Shown: positions 1 to 9,991, counted from the first letter of the stretch. The stretch is DNA of 64,000 nt from Dehalococcoidia bacterium (GCA_965249275.1 CBDFLQ010000007.1:32001-96000); one strand, 5' to 3'. The notes: a model not told the origin generated them from the sequence alone. Program-made: numbers and translations.

Positions 1-68
1 GAGATATACGAGACGGCCCGCAAGTGCCGGTAGTAGACGCCCGCACTCCACAACTCAGGAGACCCGAC

Positions 69-1523
69 ATGGCAGACATGCTCATAACTGGCGCCACCGT
101 CATCACCATGGACCGCGAGAGGCGGGTGATAGAGGACGGGGCTGTGGCCATAAATGGCGACCGGATCACCGCAGTCGGGAGCCGTGCCGAGATCGAAGCT
201 GCCCACTCAGCTCCCACGGTAATCGACGCCAGCAGGATGGTCTGCCTGCCAGGTCTGGTCGACGTGCACGGCCATGCGGGCCACGCCCTGGTCAAGACCA
301 TGGACCACGACTCCTTTACCCGCTGGCGGGAAACCGTCGAGCTCATCTACGCCGAGGGTGTCGACGAAGAATTCTGGTACGCCGAGGCCTCTCTAGCCGC
401 GCTGGAAAGGCTGAAGTTTGGGACCACCACGGGTCTCAGCTACTTCGGCGGTGGTCGGATGCTCATCCGCACCGACGACCCGGTCTACGCCGAGCAGCAC
501 TGCGAGGCCGTGGCCGCGGTCGGGATCCGGGAGTTTCTGGCCGTGGGCCCATGCTCTCCCCCCTTCCCCCGGCGCTTTGTCCGCTGGGACGGGGACAGCA
601 AGAACGAATATCTTGCTGACTTCGATCGTCAAATGGCTACGACTGAGGACATCGTCAACAGGTGGAACGGCGGGGCCGACGGCCGGATAAGCGTATGCCT
701 GACCTCATCGACGATGAACATGTCGCGCCCGCCGTACGCCGGGTTGCCGATGAATGAGCTGAAAGCCGAGGCCCGCACAGTGAGAAACTTGGTGGACCGG
801 CTCGGGGTGCTGCTTACCCAGGACGGCCACACCACCGGGACTATAGCCTTTGCCCACAAGGAGCTCGGCATCCTCGGGCCGAACGTGATTTTGTCGCACA
901 GCGTGGGGCTCACGGATGAAGAGATCGCAATATGCGCCGAGACCGACACCAAGATTGCCCACAATCCCAGCTCCCCCAACTCGTACCCGGCACGCTGCCC
1001 AGTACCCCAGCTCCTCGACGCCGGGGTCACCGTGGCCCTTGGTTCAGACGCGGCCTCCCCGGACATGAACTACGACATGTTCCGCCACATGTACTCGTGC
1101 ATGAGGCAGCACAGGGCGCAGTTCGGCGAAGGAGCCTACATCCCACCCGGAAAGGCCCTGGAGATGGCGACCATAGACGGGGCGCGGGCCTTGGGCATGG
1201 AGGCGGAAATCGGGTCTCTGGAGCCGGGCAAGAAGGCAGACCTGATCCTGGTGGACATGGACAAGCCTCACCTATACCCACTCAACATGCCCGTCCACAG
1301 GATAACCAACTTCGCCGGTGGGCAGGACGTAGACACCGTAATAGTGGACGGCAAGGTACTAATGCAAGGCCGAGTCGTGAGCACGGTGGACGAGTCGGAG
1401 GTGCTGGCTCGTGCGCAACAGGCAACCGAGACCATGCTGGAACGCACGGGCTTGCAGTCGAGCCTGGGTATGGGAGAGGGGTTCTGGGGCAAGAGCCGAT
1501 ATCCGGGGGCCTGGGACGGGTAG
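69..1523 (+). CDS. Metal-dependent amidohydrolase (5'-methylthioadenosine/atrazine deaminase-like)
   Basis: PGLVDVHGH metal motif, HNPSS, VALGSDA and C-terminal GSLEPGKKADL. ATG at 69 follows an AGGAGG RBS; the track's GTG at 24 is probably too early. Confidence 0.85.
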   Translation: MADMLITGATVITMDRERRVIEDGAVAINGDRITAVGSRAEIEAAHSAPTVIDASRMVCLPGLVDVHGHAGHALVKTMDHDSFTRWRETVELIYAEGVDEEFWYAEASLAALERLKFGTTTGLSYFGGGRMLIRTDDPVYAEQHCEAVAAVGIREFLAVGPCSPPFPRRFVRWDGDSKNEYLADFDRQMATTEDIVNRWNGGADGRISVCLTSSTMNMSRPPYAGLPMNELKAEARTVRNLVDRLGVLLTQDGHTTGTIAFAHKELGILGPNVILSHSVGLTDEEIAICAETDTKIAHNPSSPNSYPARCPVPQLLDAGVTVALGSDAASPDMNYDMFRHMYSCMRQHRAQFGEGAYIPPGKALEMATIDGARALGMEAEIGSLEPGKKADLILVDMDKPHLYPLNMPVHRITNFAGGQDVDTVIVDGKVLMQGRVVSTVDESEVLARAQQATETMLERTGLQSSLGMGEGFWGKSRYPGAWDG

Positions 1524-1547
1524 TAACCAAGTTGTTTTTATTGCCGC

Positions 1548-1553
1548 TATAAT
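1548..1553 (+). promoter_or_regulatory. Sigma70 -10 element for the LLM operon
   Basis: Perfect TATAAT about 100 nt upstream of the 1649 start, in an AT-rich intergenic stretch. Confidence 0.45.
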
Positions 1554-1648
1554 GCAAGCCACCCTCGTCGCTTTGCGCTAGAGGGGCAGACATGGTGGCA
1601 AGGTAACGAAAGTGTCTTTAGTTCGCGATTATTCCAGGAGGTGTAGGG

Positions 1649-2830
1649 ATGATAGAAAGATTCAGTATTCTGTATGCCGGCCACGTCAACGTCGATAATA
1701 TGGGATATGCCGGAACGCCGGCCAACGAGCGGTTTCTTTCGGATGAGGACCTGGCCTCGGCCCTCACCATTACCGACGAAATAGCCCAGACCGCCGACCG
1801 GCTCGGGTATCACACCCTGTGGATGGCGGAACACCACTTCCAGCGGGAAGGGTACGAGTGCCTTCCCAACCTCCTGATGCAGAGTGTGCACCTGGCCCAC
1901 ATCACCAAGAACCTGAAATTCGGGTGCGCGTTCAACGTGCCGCCCATGTGGAATCCACTGCGTCTCGCCGAAGACTACGCCCTTGCCGACCACCTGACGG
2001 ACGGCAGGGTTATCTTCGGGGTCGGGCGCGGATATCACACCCGGGAAGTGGAGTCCTTTGGAGCGCCCATGGTGGACAGAGACGCGAACAGGGACTATTT
2101 CGAAGAGCAGGTGGAGGTCATTTTCAAGGCCTTTAACAACCGCTCCTTCTCCCACCACGGCAAATACTTCGATATCCCTCCCAAAGTGCCTTACCGGGGC
2201 TACGAGCTGGAGGAGATAACCCTGGTCCCCAGGCCCAAGCACCTGCCCGTTGAGTGCTGGCAGCCGATAGTGAGCTCCAACCCGCGAGGCATTGATTTCA
2301 TGATCAAGCACGGGATCAAGGCCATCTCGGGTGGGGGCGCAGCCCCCGGCGGCGCCTCCCGGAGGGTTGTGGAGCTTTGGAGAGATTCTTTAGTCAAGTC
2401 AGGCCGAAACGCGGAACTCGGAGAAGACTTGATTATCGGCGAGAAATTCCACATGGCCGACAGCCGAGAGAAAGCCATAGAAGAGGCTCGGCCCTATTTC
2501 GAGGAGAACACGAAGATGTTCGGGCCCTTGGGGTTCGTCGGGGGTCTGAGCGAGGAGCAGAAGAAGGGCTTGGAAAATCCGACACAGGAGCTTTGGGCCA
2601 GCCTGCCCACCATCGAAGACGACGTCCGGTCGGGGAACTTCCTGTGCGGCACTCCTGCGCAGGTAATCGAGCCTCTGATGCTGCTTCAAGACCTATATCC
2701 GGGTCTGCGGGAAATCAACATCCAACCCATGATATCGACACCCTCGAAGGTCATCCTCGAGCAGATCGAATGGTTTGCCAAAGAAGTGATGCCGGCTTTT
2801 CAGGTGAAACAACCCAGTGCGGCCAGCTGA
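1649..2830 (+). CDS. Luciferase-like (LLM class) flavin-dependent monooxygenase
   Basis: WMAEHHF, PLRLAEDYALADHLTDGRVIFGVGRGY and C-terminal FAKEVMP; GGAGG RBS. Confidence 0.9.
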   Translation: MIERFSILYAGHVNVDNMGYAGTPANERFLSDEDLASALTITDEIAQTADRLGYHTLWMAEHHFQREGYECLPNLLMQSVHLAHITKNLKFGCAFNVPPMWNPLRLAEDYALADHLTDGRVIFGVGRGYHTREVESFGAPMVDRDANRDYFEEQVEVIFKAFNNRSFSHHGKYFDIPPKVPYRGYELEEITLVPRPKHLPVECWQPIVSSNPRGIDFMIKHGIKAISGGGAAPGGASRRVVELWRDSLVKSGRNAELGEDLIIGEKFHMADSREKAIEEARPYFEENTKMFGPLGFVGGLSEEQKKGLENPTQELWASLPTIEDDVRSGNFLCGTPAQVIEPLMLLQDLYPGLREINIQPMISTPSKVILEQIEWFAKEVMPAFQVKQPSAAS

Positions 2831-2893
2831 ATGGACGTGGAGAGCAATGGGCCTAGATTCCATCTCGACTCAGACTCGTAGGAGCAAGCGAAC

Positions 2894-4117
2894 ATGAAGG
2901 TTTCCTATTTCCATTTGATGCCATACCAGGACCTGCCCCGGGACTTCGAGTCCCAGTACCACAGCGCGTGGGTCGACCTGCCCAACGAGCACTTCGACTC
3001 GGCGAAAGGTGGACAGTACTACAGAGAATACCTGGCCCAGCTCCAGCACGCAGACCAACTGGGCTTCGACGGCATCTGCGTCAACGAGCACCACGGCAAT
3101 GCCTATGGCCTGATGCCCTCTCCGAACCTGATGGCGAGCATCCTGACCCAGACCACATCCGACGCGGCGCTCATAGTGCTGGGCAACAGCCTTGCTCTCT
3201 ATCAGCCACCGCTCAGGGTGGCGGAGGAGATGGCTATGCTCGACATAATGAGTGGCGGCAGGCTCGTAGCTGGGTTCCCGGTCGGGACTTCCATGGACAC
3301 GACATTCTCCTATGGACAAGTCCCGTTGCAACTGCGGGAACGCCACGCCGAAGCACACGACCTGATTATGAAGTCGTGGTCGGAGAGGAAACCATTCGCC
3401 TTCAATGGGAAGTACACCAAGCTGCGGTACGTGAACGTCTGGCCCCGACCCCTACAGAAGCCTCACCCACCGGTCTGGATACCGGGAAGCGGGAGTTTGG
3501 AGACGTGGGACTGGGTGCTTAACCACAACTACGTCTACTGCTACCTGAGCTACTTCGGGTACCAGAGGGCCGAGAAAGTGGTGCAGGGCTACTGGAACAC
3601 CGTCGCCGAGCGGGGTATCGACGATAACCCACACAGGTTTGGGTTCCTTCAGTTGGTGTGCGTCTCGGAGACGGATGAGCAGGCGGAGAAGGACTACGCG
3701 GAGCACGTGAAGTACTTCTACCAGAAGATGCTCTGGATACACCCGCCCTTTGCGGAGGCGCCCGGGTACCGTTCGATAAACTCGATGCGGAATTCGGCAA
3801 GAGCGCAGACGGGAAAGGAAGCGGCGAAAGCAGCGCTGGAGATGGGCTGGAAGGACTACGTGGAGAAGGGGCACATCATCGCCGGGAGCCCGAGCACCGT
3901 GCGTGAGCAGCTTACCGACGCGGTCAAGAGGCTGAGGATCGGCCACCTGATGTGCCTGCTGCACATTGGCAGTATGCCCGACGAGATAGCCCGCAAGAAC
4001 ACGGAGCTCTTTGCCAAGGAAGTTATGCCGGGCCTCCAGGGATTATTCAGCGAGTACGACGACCCGTGGTGGCCGCAAGCTGTGTCGAGACCCGTGGCGG
4101 CTCCTACGGTAGGCTAG
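2894..4117 (+). CDS. Luciferase-like (LLM class) flavin-dependent monooxygenase
   Basis: CVNEHH, PLRVAEEMAMLDIMSGGRL, PRPLQKPHPPVW and FAKEVMP. Confidence 0.9.
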   Translation: MKVSYFHLMPYQDLPRDFESQYHSAWVDLPNEHFDSAKGGQYYREYLAQLQHADQLGFDGICVNEHHGNAYGLMPSPNLMASILTQTTSDAALIVLGNSLALYQPPLRVAEEMAMLDIMSGGRLVAGFPVGTSMDTTFSYGQVPLQLRERHAEAHDLIMKSWSERKPFAFNGKYTKLRYVNVWPRPLQKPHPPVWIPGSGSLETWDWVLNHNYVYCYLSYFGYQRAEKVVQGYWNTVAERGIDDNPHRFGFLQLVCVSETDEQAEKDYAEHVKYFYQKMLWIHPPFAEAPGYRSINSMRNSARAQTGKEAAKAALEMGWKDYVEKGHIIAGSPSTVREQLTDAVKRLRIGHLMCLLHIGSMPDEIARKNTELFAKEVMPGLQGLFSEYDDPWWPQAVSRPVAAPTVG

Positions 4118-4136
4118 AAGATTTCGGAGAAAACAC

Positions 4137-4931
4137 TTGGTCGAATTCAGAGAAACAACGCTCTCCCTGCGGGGAGGCAAGTTCGAGATTCAGCTCGTGG
4201 AAGGGGGCTCGGGGCCCGACTTGCTCTACCTCCACGGAGAGCATGGGTTCTCGGGGTGGGCCCCATTCATCGACGCCCTCGCCGAAAACTTCCACATATA
4301 TGCTCCAGCCCACCCAGGCGTCGCCGACTCCATTGGCCTGGAGGAACTGGATGATTGCTGGGACCTGGTCCTCTTCTACGAAGAGCTAATGACGGGGCTG
4401 GGGATCGAGGGCGCGGGAGTCGTGGGCCATTCCTACGGCGGCATGGTGGCCGCCGAGCTGGCAGCGCATAGGAAGGACCTCGTGTCCAGGTTGGCATTGG
4501 TGGCATCCCTCGGTCTTTGGCGGGATGAAGTTCCCACCCTGGACTTCTTCACACTGACACCATCAGAGGAGGCGAAGGCCTTTTGCTTTGACCCTGAAAG
4601 TGAAGCGGCAAAGTCGGCCTTCGCTATGCCATCGGACCCAGAGGCCAGGAAGGAAGCGATGATCGAGCGGGCCAAGACCCTCTCGTCTATCGGCAAGTTC
4701 ATCTGGCCCATCCCCGACCGCGGGCTGCCTAAGAGAGCGCACCGTATCGGCGCGCCGACGCTGCTGGTGTGGGGCGATTCCGACAAGATAGTGCCGCCGG
4801 AATACGGGAATGCGTTTCAGGACCTGATTGCCGGTTCAGAGTTGCAGGTGATCGAGAACTGTGGTCACCTGCCCCAATACGAGCAACCCGAGGCATTCGT
4901 GTCGGCAGTGTCGGCATTCATGGCCCGATAA
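4137..4931 (+). CDS. Alpha/beta-fold hydrolase
   Basis: LLYLHG, nucleophile elbow GHSYGG, WGDSD acid and CGHLP histidine; TTG start. Confidence 0.88.
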   Translation: MVEFRETTLSLRGGKFEIQLVEGGSGPDLLYLHGEHGFSGWAPFIDALAENFHIYAPAHPGVADSIGLEELDDCWDLVLFYEELMTGLGIEGAGVVGHSYGGMVAAELAAHRKDLVSRLALVASLGLWRDEVPTLDFFTLTPSEEAKAFCFDPESEAAKSAFAMPSDPEARKEAMIERAKTLSSIGKFIWPIPDRGLPKRAHRIGAPTLLVWGDSDKIVPPEYGNAFQDLIAGSELQVIENCGHLPQYEQPEAFVSAVSAFMAR

Positions 4932-4949
4932 GGACAAAAGAGAAATAGC

Positions 4950-5034
4950 ATGGGTGCGTACAGGGTGATCTCCTCCGACTCCCACATAATCGAACCGCCG
5001 GACCTGTGGACGGCGAGGGTCTAGGGTCGGTTCA
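4950..5034 (+). pseudogene. Dead duplicate of the 5' end of the amidohydrolase at 6796
   Basis: Translates MGAYRVISSDSHIIEPPDLWTARV*GRF versus MAGYKIISSDSHIIEPPDLWTARVEGRF. 47 bp are identical (4968-5014 = 6814-6860); TAG at 5022 replaces GAG. Confidence 0.9.
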
Positions 5035-5083
5035 TTACTGACCCCAAAGAGCTAGGCATACGACTTTGAGGAATGTTTGTTAA

Positions 5084-6682
5084 ATGGCTGAAACCTTAGC
5101 CCATATGTTGGGAGGTTTCGGGTTATTCCTCTTCGGGGTCTGGCAGCTGAGTGAGAGTCTCAAATCCCTGACGAGTTGGCGCCTTAGAGCTCTTGCGGCA
5201 AACTGGCTCCCCAATCGATTTGCCGCCTTTGGCTGGGGTTTTCTTGCTGGGGCCGTTGCCCAGACGATGTCGGGGATTACCTTCATAGTCGTGAGTATGC
5301 AAAGGGCGAAGTTGGTTCCTTCCCGACAGGCCTACGCTATCATCCTTGGCGCCAACTTTGGCGCGCACCTACTAGTATTAGTGGTTACATTGGACGTCAA
5401 CCTCGTTGCCCTCTACACGATCGGCGTTTCTAGCGTGTTGATCATAAGCCAGCGAGTGTTCAGATTTCGCTCGGCTGCATTGGCCGTGTTTGGGGCGGCG
5501 CTTCTATTCGTAGGGCTGATATTGATCAAGGAATCAGGTGAACTACTAGTCTTTCAGCCTTGGTTTGAAACGCTCATCGCGTGGACCAGCCGTTCCATTT
5601 GGTTCTCGTTTGCGGTAGCAGCCATACTCACACTCGTTGTCCAGTCGGCAGCGGTTGTGGCTGTGTTCGGTATTAGTATGGCGTCGGTAGGCGCGCTGAC
5701 CATTGATGAGACCATGATCTTCATTTATGGCAGCGCTGTAGGTTCGGGCCTAATCGTATTGCTGTTGTCGGTAAATCTGTCTGGAACATCGAGACAGCTT
5801 CCTATGTACCAGGCGCTGATTTGTTTTATTGATGGCGGAGTGCCCCTGGCGCTTCTTTTGATCGAATTGAATCTCGGAATCCCGATGGTAAAGGCATTCC
5901 TTTTGTCGATTGACGTGGACTTGAGTATGCAAATGGCCATATTGTTTCTCTTGCTGAACCTTCCGGCAGCGCCACTGTTTCTTATTCTTGGGCGGATTGA
6001 CCGACTATTTGGGCGCCTGTGGTCTGCTACAAAAGAAGAGGAGATGTCCCAACCTTTATACATAAACGATCACTCCTTTGGGGACGTGGCCATAGCCTTC
6101 TCCCTGGTGGACCTTGAGCAAAAGCGCGTACTATCGAGGTTTTCTCAATATCTGGACTTTGTTCGTCGTGATCGTGGAATCCAAAGTTTAATGACATCTA
6201 CCAGAGAGCTAAACTCTCACGTAGATATCTTCCTAAGAGACCTCAGTGCGCACCAATCGGACTTCGATACGGAATATATGATCTCAATACAAGGGCGACA
6301 GAAGCTCATCACCTGGTTAGAAGAGCAATTTTCGGAACTTTGCATCGGACTGAACTCGCTGGATGACACCCGTGCTCTGAGAGACTTCAAACATAGTTTT
6401 GTCGAAGGGATAGATGCAGTAATGCTGGTCCTCAACGATGACACAATGGCTGGCGATGTGGATTCGCAATATTTCTCAACGGAACTAACCAGTGACCGCA
6501 GCGGCTTGATGTGAGAAATACGGTCCACGTACCTTGAGGGTGACTTGAAGCTATCCAAAGAAAACAGGGCTCGGATCATGAATATAACCGATACGGCTGA
6601 ACGCATATTTTTCCTTCTTTCGAAGCTTACTGATGGAATTGAGGGCTTCAAAAGACCGAAAGTCAGCATGTCTGCACCTTAA
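5084..6682 (+). pseudogene. Na/Pi cotransporter (NptA/YjbB-like) with a premature TGA at 6512-6514
   Basis: GGFGLFLFGV, AQTMSG, IILGANFG and VQSAA repeat motifs. The frame continues after TGA for 55 plausible codons (EIRSTYL...AERIFFLLSKL...) to TAA at 6680-6682. Visibly lower GC than the flanks. Confidence 0.7.
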
Positions 6683-6795
6683 GAATAGAACCTTGATTTG
6701 CCTCCTTGGGGAAATCTGTTACAACACGGATAGTGATATAGTGGATGCGCAACAATCCTAAGGTTCCAGTAACTTTGACCCACGGCAGGTGCCTT

Positions 6796-7917
6796 ATGGC
6801 TGGATACAAGATCATCTCCTCCGACTCCCACATAATCGAACCGCCGGACCTGTGGACGGCCAGGGTCGAGGGCCGGTTCAAGGAAAAGGCCCCGAGAGTC
6901 GTCTCGGAAGAGAATGGGGACTGGTGGTACATAGACGGCCATCGCACCAACTCATTTCAGAGCGGCGCCTTCGCAGGCGTGCGTTTCGAAAACCCCGAAG
7001 ACCTGCGTATGAGCGCCAAGTGGGAGAACGTTAGGCCCGGCGGCTTCATGATCGACGACAGGATTAAGGACCTGGACGCCGATGGCGTGGACGGCGAGGT
7101 CATCTACCCGACAGAAGGGTTGCTGGCCTACAACACCGGAGACCCGGAGCTGCTAACAGCGATATGCGCCACCTATAACGAAGCGATGTCCGAGTTCTGT
7201 AGCGCCGCTCCCGACAGGCTCAAAGGCATCGCCATGATCAACGTCGACGATGTCGCGAGTGCGGTGAAGGAGATGCACAGGAGCCGGCAGTTGGGACTCG
7301 TTGGTGCGATGATTACAGTCTATCCGACCGAAGACAAGTCCTACGATCGGCCCGTATACGAACCGTTCTGGGAGGCCGCCGAGGAACTGGGAATGCCGCT
7401 GAGTCTCCACGTCGCTACAGGCCGACCGGGGCCCGGACAGGAGTTCCAGGACCCTACCAACGTGCGGCCTGCGTTCTTCGCCACCGCCGACTACTGGGTG
7501 CGGGTCTCGTTGGCTCACATGATCTTCTCAGGGGTTTTTGAACGGCACCCGGGACTGAAAGTGATATCGGTGGAGCATGAGGTGGCGTGGGCGCCCTTCT
7601 TCATCGAACTGCTGGACTACACTTACACCCAACGCGCTCACCGAGGCCCCGGATGGCGCCGTTTCAAGCCGGGCGTATTGCCCAGTCACTTCTTCCGGTC
7701 CAACATCCTGATCAGTTTCCAGGAGGACGGACGAGGTATCAATGACCGCGCTGCGATAGGTGTCGACAACCTGATGTGGGGATCAGACTACCCGCACACG
7801 GAGTCGACGTTCCCCAGGTCGCGGCAGATCCTGGACGAGATCCTTGCCGGGGTCCCCGAGTACGAGAAGGCCAAGATAGTCGGCGGCAACGCCGCTCGGC
7901 TGTACAACTTCAACTAG
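6796..7917 (+). CDS. Amidohydrolase_2 family protein
   Basis: ISSDSHIIEP, LSLHV, SGVFERHPGLK and WGSDYPHTES. Confidence 0.9.
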   Translation: MAGYKIISSDSHIIEPPDLWTARVEGRFKEKAPRVVSEENGDWWYIDGHRTNSFQSGAFAGVRFENPEDLRMSAKWENVRPGGFMIDDRIKDLDADGVDGEVIYPTEGLLAYNTGDPELLTAICATYNEAMSEFCSAAPDRLKGIAMINVDDVASAVKEMHRSRQLGLVGAMITVYPTEDKSYDRPVYEPFWEAAEELGMPLSLHVATGRPGPGQEFQDPTNVRPAFFATADYWVRVSLAHMIFSGVFERHPGLKVISVEHEVAWAPFFIELLDYTYTQRAHRGPGWRRFKPGVLPSHFFRSNILISFQEDGRGINDRAAIGVDNLMWGSDYPHTESTFPRSRQILDEILAGVPEYEKAKIVGGNAARLYNFN

Positions 7918-7935
7918 TCTTCCCCGCCTCCCGCC

Positions 7936-8022
7936 TTCATTCCTGCGGAGGCAGGTCGCAGATGCGCCAAGGCGTGAAACCATCCCTCCTGAAGGCGCAC
8001 CCCCCGCCGAGCCGGAATCCAT
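7936..8022 (+). repeat. REP-like palindrome (TCATTCCTGCGGAGGCAGG...GAATCCA) split by an about 59-nt insert
   Basis: CCTGC-GGAG-GCAGG hairpin with a TCATT head. The GAATCCAT tail also present in the 8809 copy reappears at 8015. Confidence 0.5.
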
Positions 8023-8038
8023 CCCTGGGGCCGAGGGG

Positions 8039-8073
8039 CCGCTCACCCTGAGCTCCGTCGAAGGGTCGAGCGG
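8039..8073 (+). repeat. REP-like palindrome (ACCCTGAGC..GTCGAAGGGT type)
   Basis: CCGCTC-ACCCT...AGGGT-C-GAGCGG imperfect hairpin, a form common in intergenic palindromic repeats. Confidence 0.5.
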
Positions 8074-8128
8074 GGGGGCCGCACTTGCCGACCCGTCGCG
8101 CCCGCCCCCCAAAAGTGACACGAACCCC

Positions 8129-8158
8129 TTGACCAAACTTGTACACATGTACTATATT
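8129..8158 (+). promoter_or_regulatory. Sigma70 promoter with an overlapping LexA/SOS-like box GTAC-ACAT-GTAC
   Basis: TTGACC (8129) - 18 nt - TATATT (8153), with palindromic GTAC-N4-GTAC at 8141-8152 abutting the -10. Resembles the GAAC-N4-GTTC LexA box of Gram-positives and Chloroflexi. Confidence 0.5.
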
Positions 8159-8808
8159 CACCCTTGAATGGCCAATCACTCACCCTAACCCCAAAGGAGG
8201 AACCACAACCCAGGGGGAAGCCCACCCGACCCCACCCGAGGACTCAACGCCTAAGCCCATCCCAACGGCCCTCGCGCAGACCCGCGGCACAAGCAAACGA
8301 CGCCATCTCCTCTTACCGGGCCCCGTGCCCCCTTCCCTGACCACTAGGCGATGGAAGACGCCCTGGACCGTACTTGAAAGTCTCCTTACGGAGCAACCTT
8401 GTCCTATGGAGCGGAACGGGGCAGCCCGTAGCCGAGGCCCGCTCGGCTCTCCGTCCGCTTCCTCAAATAAACTGGGCTGCCGCCGTCTCCCGGCTCCGGG
8501 ACATCGTCGGCTAACTGGATACCCCGTACTCCTGCGAGGGGAACTGACCCTGGACTTTCCCCTTCCTGCACCCGCCTACGGCGGACAGCGCAGCCAACCC
8601 TGCATCGGAGCCTATGACGGATGACGGACCCGTACGTCCGACCATACTTCCAGGTCTAGGCGGCGGCGGAGCCCCGTCCCCACGTTCCCGGGACGCCTCC
8701 TAGCCCGCATTATCTAAATGTAGGGAGCCTAATCCAGCAAGCGTCTTCCATCGTCAACCCTCCAACAAACCAAACCCCAACACCCAACCGAATAACCCAC
8801 CCCCATCC

Positions 8809-8836
8809 GTCATTTCCGACCCCGATCGGGAATCCA
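8809..8836 (+). repeat. REP-like palindrome GTCATTTCCGA-CCCCGA-TCGGGAATCCA
   Basis: Hairpin with a CCCCGA loop; related copy at 11121-11152 on the - strand. Confidence 0.6.
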
Positions 8837-8931
8837 TTCCCAAGCGGCAAGACCGGTCTCCCTCCCCCTAACCCCCGTCCTTCCCGGGAAGTCGTGACTC
8901 CCTGTGTGGGAAGACGCTTGGGACCTGGAGG

Positions 8932-9189
8932 CTACACCCCCTCTGGGCGGCGGGCCAGGGCCGACTCTATGGCGGTGACCAGGGCCATCGCCGACTCCGG
9001 CGTGAGTTCCACGGCGACCCTCGCGCTGAGACCCCTGTCCTCGTTCACAAAGCTGATGTTCAGTGAATGGTCCAAGGGGGCGTGGTAGGGGTGGTCATAG
9101 GTGACGTTGGCCTGCTTTAGCGGGAACCACCCCTGGTGCCCCTTCCCACTCCCCGAGACTTCAACCTTTTCGACAATCATGGTGCACAT
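8932..9189 (-). CDS. Small conserved hypothetical protein (DUF6295-like)
   Basis: MCTMI..GSGKG..GWF..YDHPYHAPLDHSLNISF..ARVAVEL; last gene of the LLM-DLH operon; GGAGA RBS. Confidence 0.7.
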   Translation of the reverse strand: MCTMIVEKVEVSGSGKGHQGWFPLKQANVTYDHPYHAPLDHSLNISFVNEDRGLSARVAVELTPESAMALVTAIESALARRPEGV

Positions 9190-9235
9190 GTTTTTCTCCA
9201 GCGTGATTGGACTCAACTCCCAGTAGCCTAAAACG

Positions 9236-9991
9236 CTAGCTGAGGTGCCTCTCGAAGAAGTCCCAGATCCTGGCCCAGCCGTCGACAGCATGCTCTACGC
9301 GGTAGGCGGGGCGATGGTAGTAAAAGAAGCCGTGTCCCGCGTTGGGATACCTGTGGAACTCGTAGTCCTTCCCGTGCTTTTTCAGCTCGGCTTCGTGAAT
9401 ATCGACCTGCTCGGGCGTGGGAGATTGGTCATCCAAGCCGAAGAGCCCGAGGATGGGGCACGAGACGTTAGCAGTGTAGTCGATGGGAGCCACGGGGTTC
9501 TTGTCGTTTAGCTGGTCCTTGGACATGACGACTCCCCCGCCCCAGCAGTCCACCCCGGCATCGAATCCCGACTCCCGGCCTACAGTTAACATGACGTGCC
9601 GGCCGCCGGAGCATGTGCCGAACACGCCGACCTTGCGGTTGTGGAACGGCAGGGCCCGGACATATCTCATAGCCCCTACGATGTCACCGACTGCCTGGTC
9701 ATCGGGGACACCACCGTCGGCCCAGACCCTGGCGCCAACGTCTTCCGGGTCTCCGTGACCTTCGCGGTGATAGAGATTGGGCGAGATGGCCGCGAAACCG
9801 TGGTGCGCGAACCGGCGGGCGGCCTCCCTGTACCACTCGTCCCAGCCGGGCAGGTGATGGATTAGGACGACGCCCGGGAATGGTCCGCTGCCCAAGGGAC
9901 GGGCGAAATAGGCGTTAATAGCGTCTCCGTTGTGTCCATGCATGGTTATGGTCTCGGCCAGCATGCCTTCGTACATATTCGTCTGGTACAT
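9236..9991 (-). CDS. Dienelactone hydrolase family protein
   Basis: GTCSGG cysteine nucleophile and YPNAGHGF histidine; AAGGAGG RBS. Confidence 0.9.
   Translation of the reverse strand: MYQTNMYEGMLAETITMHGHNGDAINAYFARPLGSGPFPGVVLIHHLPGWDEWYREAARRFAHHGFAAISPNLYHREGHGDPEDVGARVWADGGVPDDQAVGDIVGAMRYVRALPFHNRKVGVFGTCSGGRHVMLTVGRESGFDAGVDCWGGGVVMSKDQLNDKNPVAPIDYTANVSCPILGLFGLDDQSPTPEQVDIHEAELKKHGKDYEFHRYPNAGHGFFYYHRPAYRVEHAVDGWARIWDFFERHLS

Noticed and set aside
6512-6514. Selenocysteine at the Na/Pi transporter TGA
   Set aside because: No redox-Cys context and no convincing SECIS, unlike 41750; CGA->TGA is simpler.
8139-8624. 161-aa ORF
   Set aside because: Starts inside the promoter/operator, has Pro/Arg-rich low-complexity composition and no RBS.
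8618-8640. CGGATGACGGACCCGTACGTCCG resembles group II intron domain V
   Set aside because: It lacks the basal helix with the AGC/CGC catalytic triad, and there is no domain VI or RT gene; chance match or unrecognisable relic.
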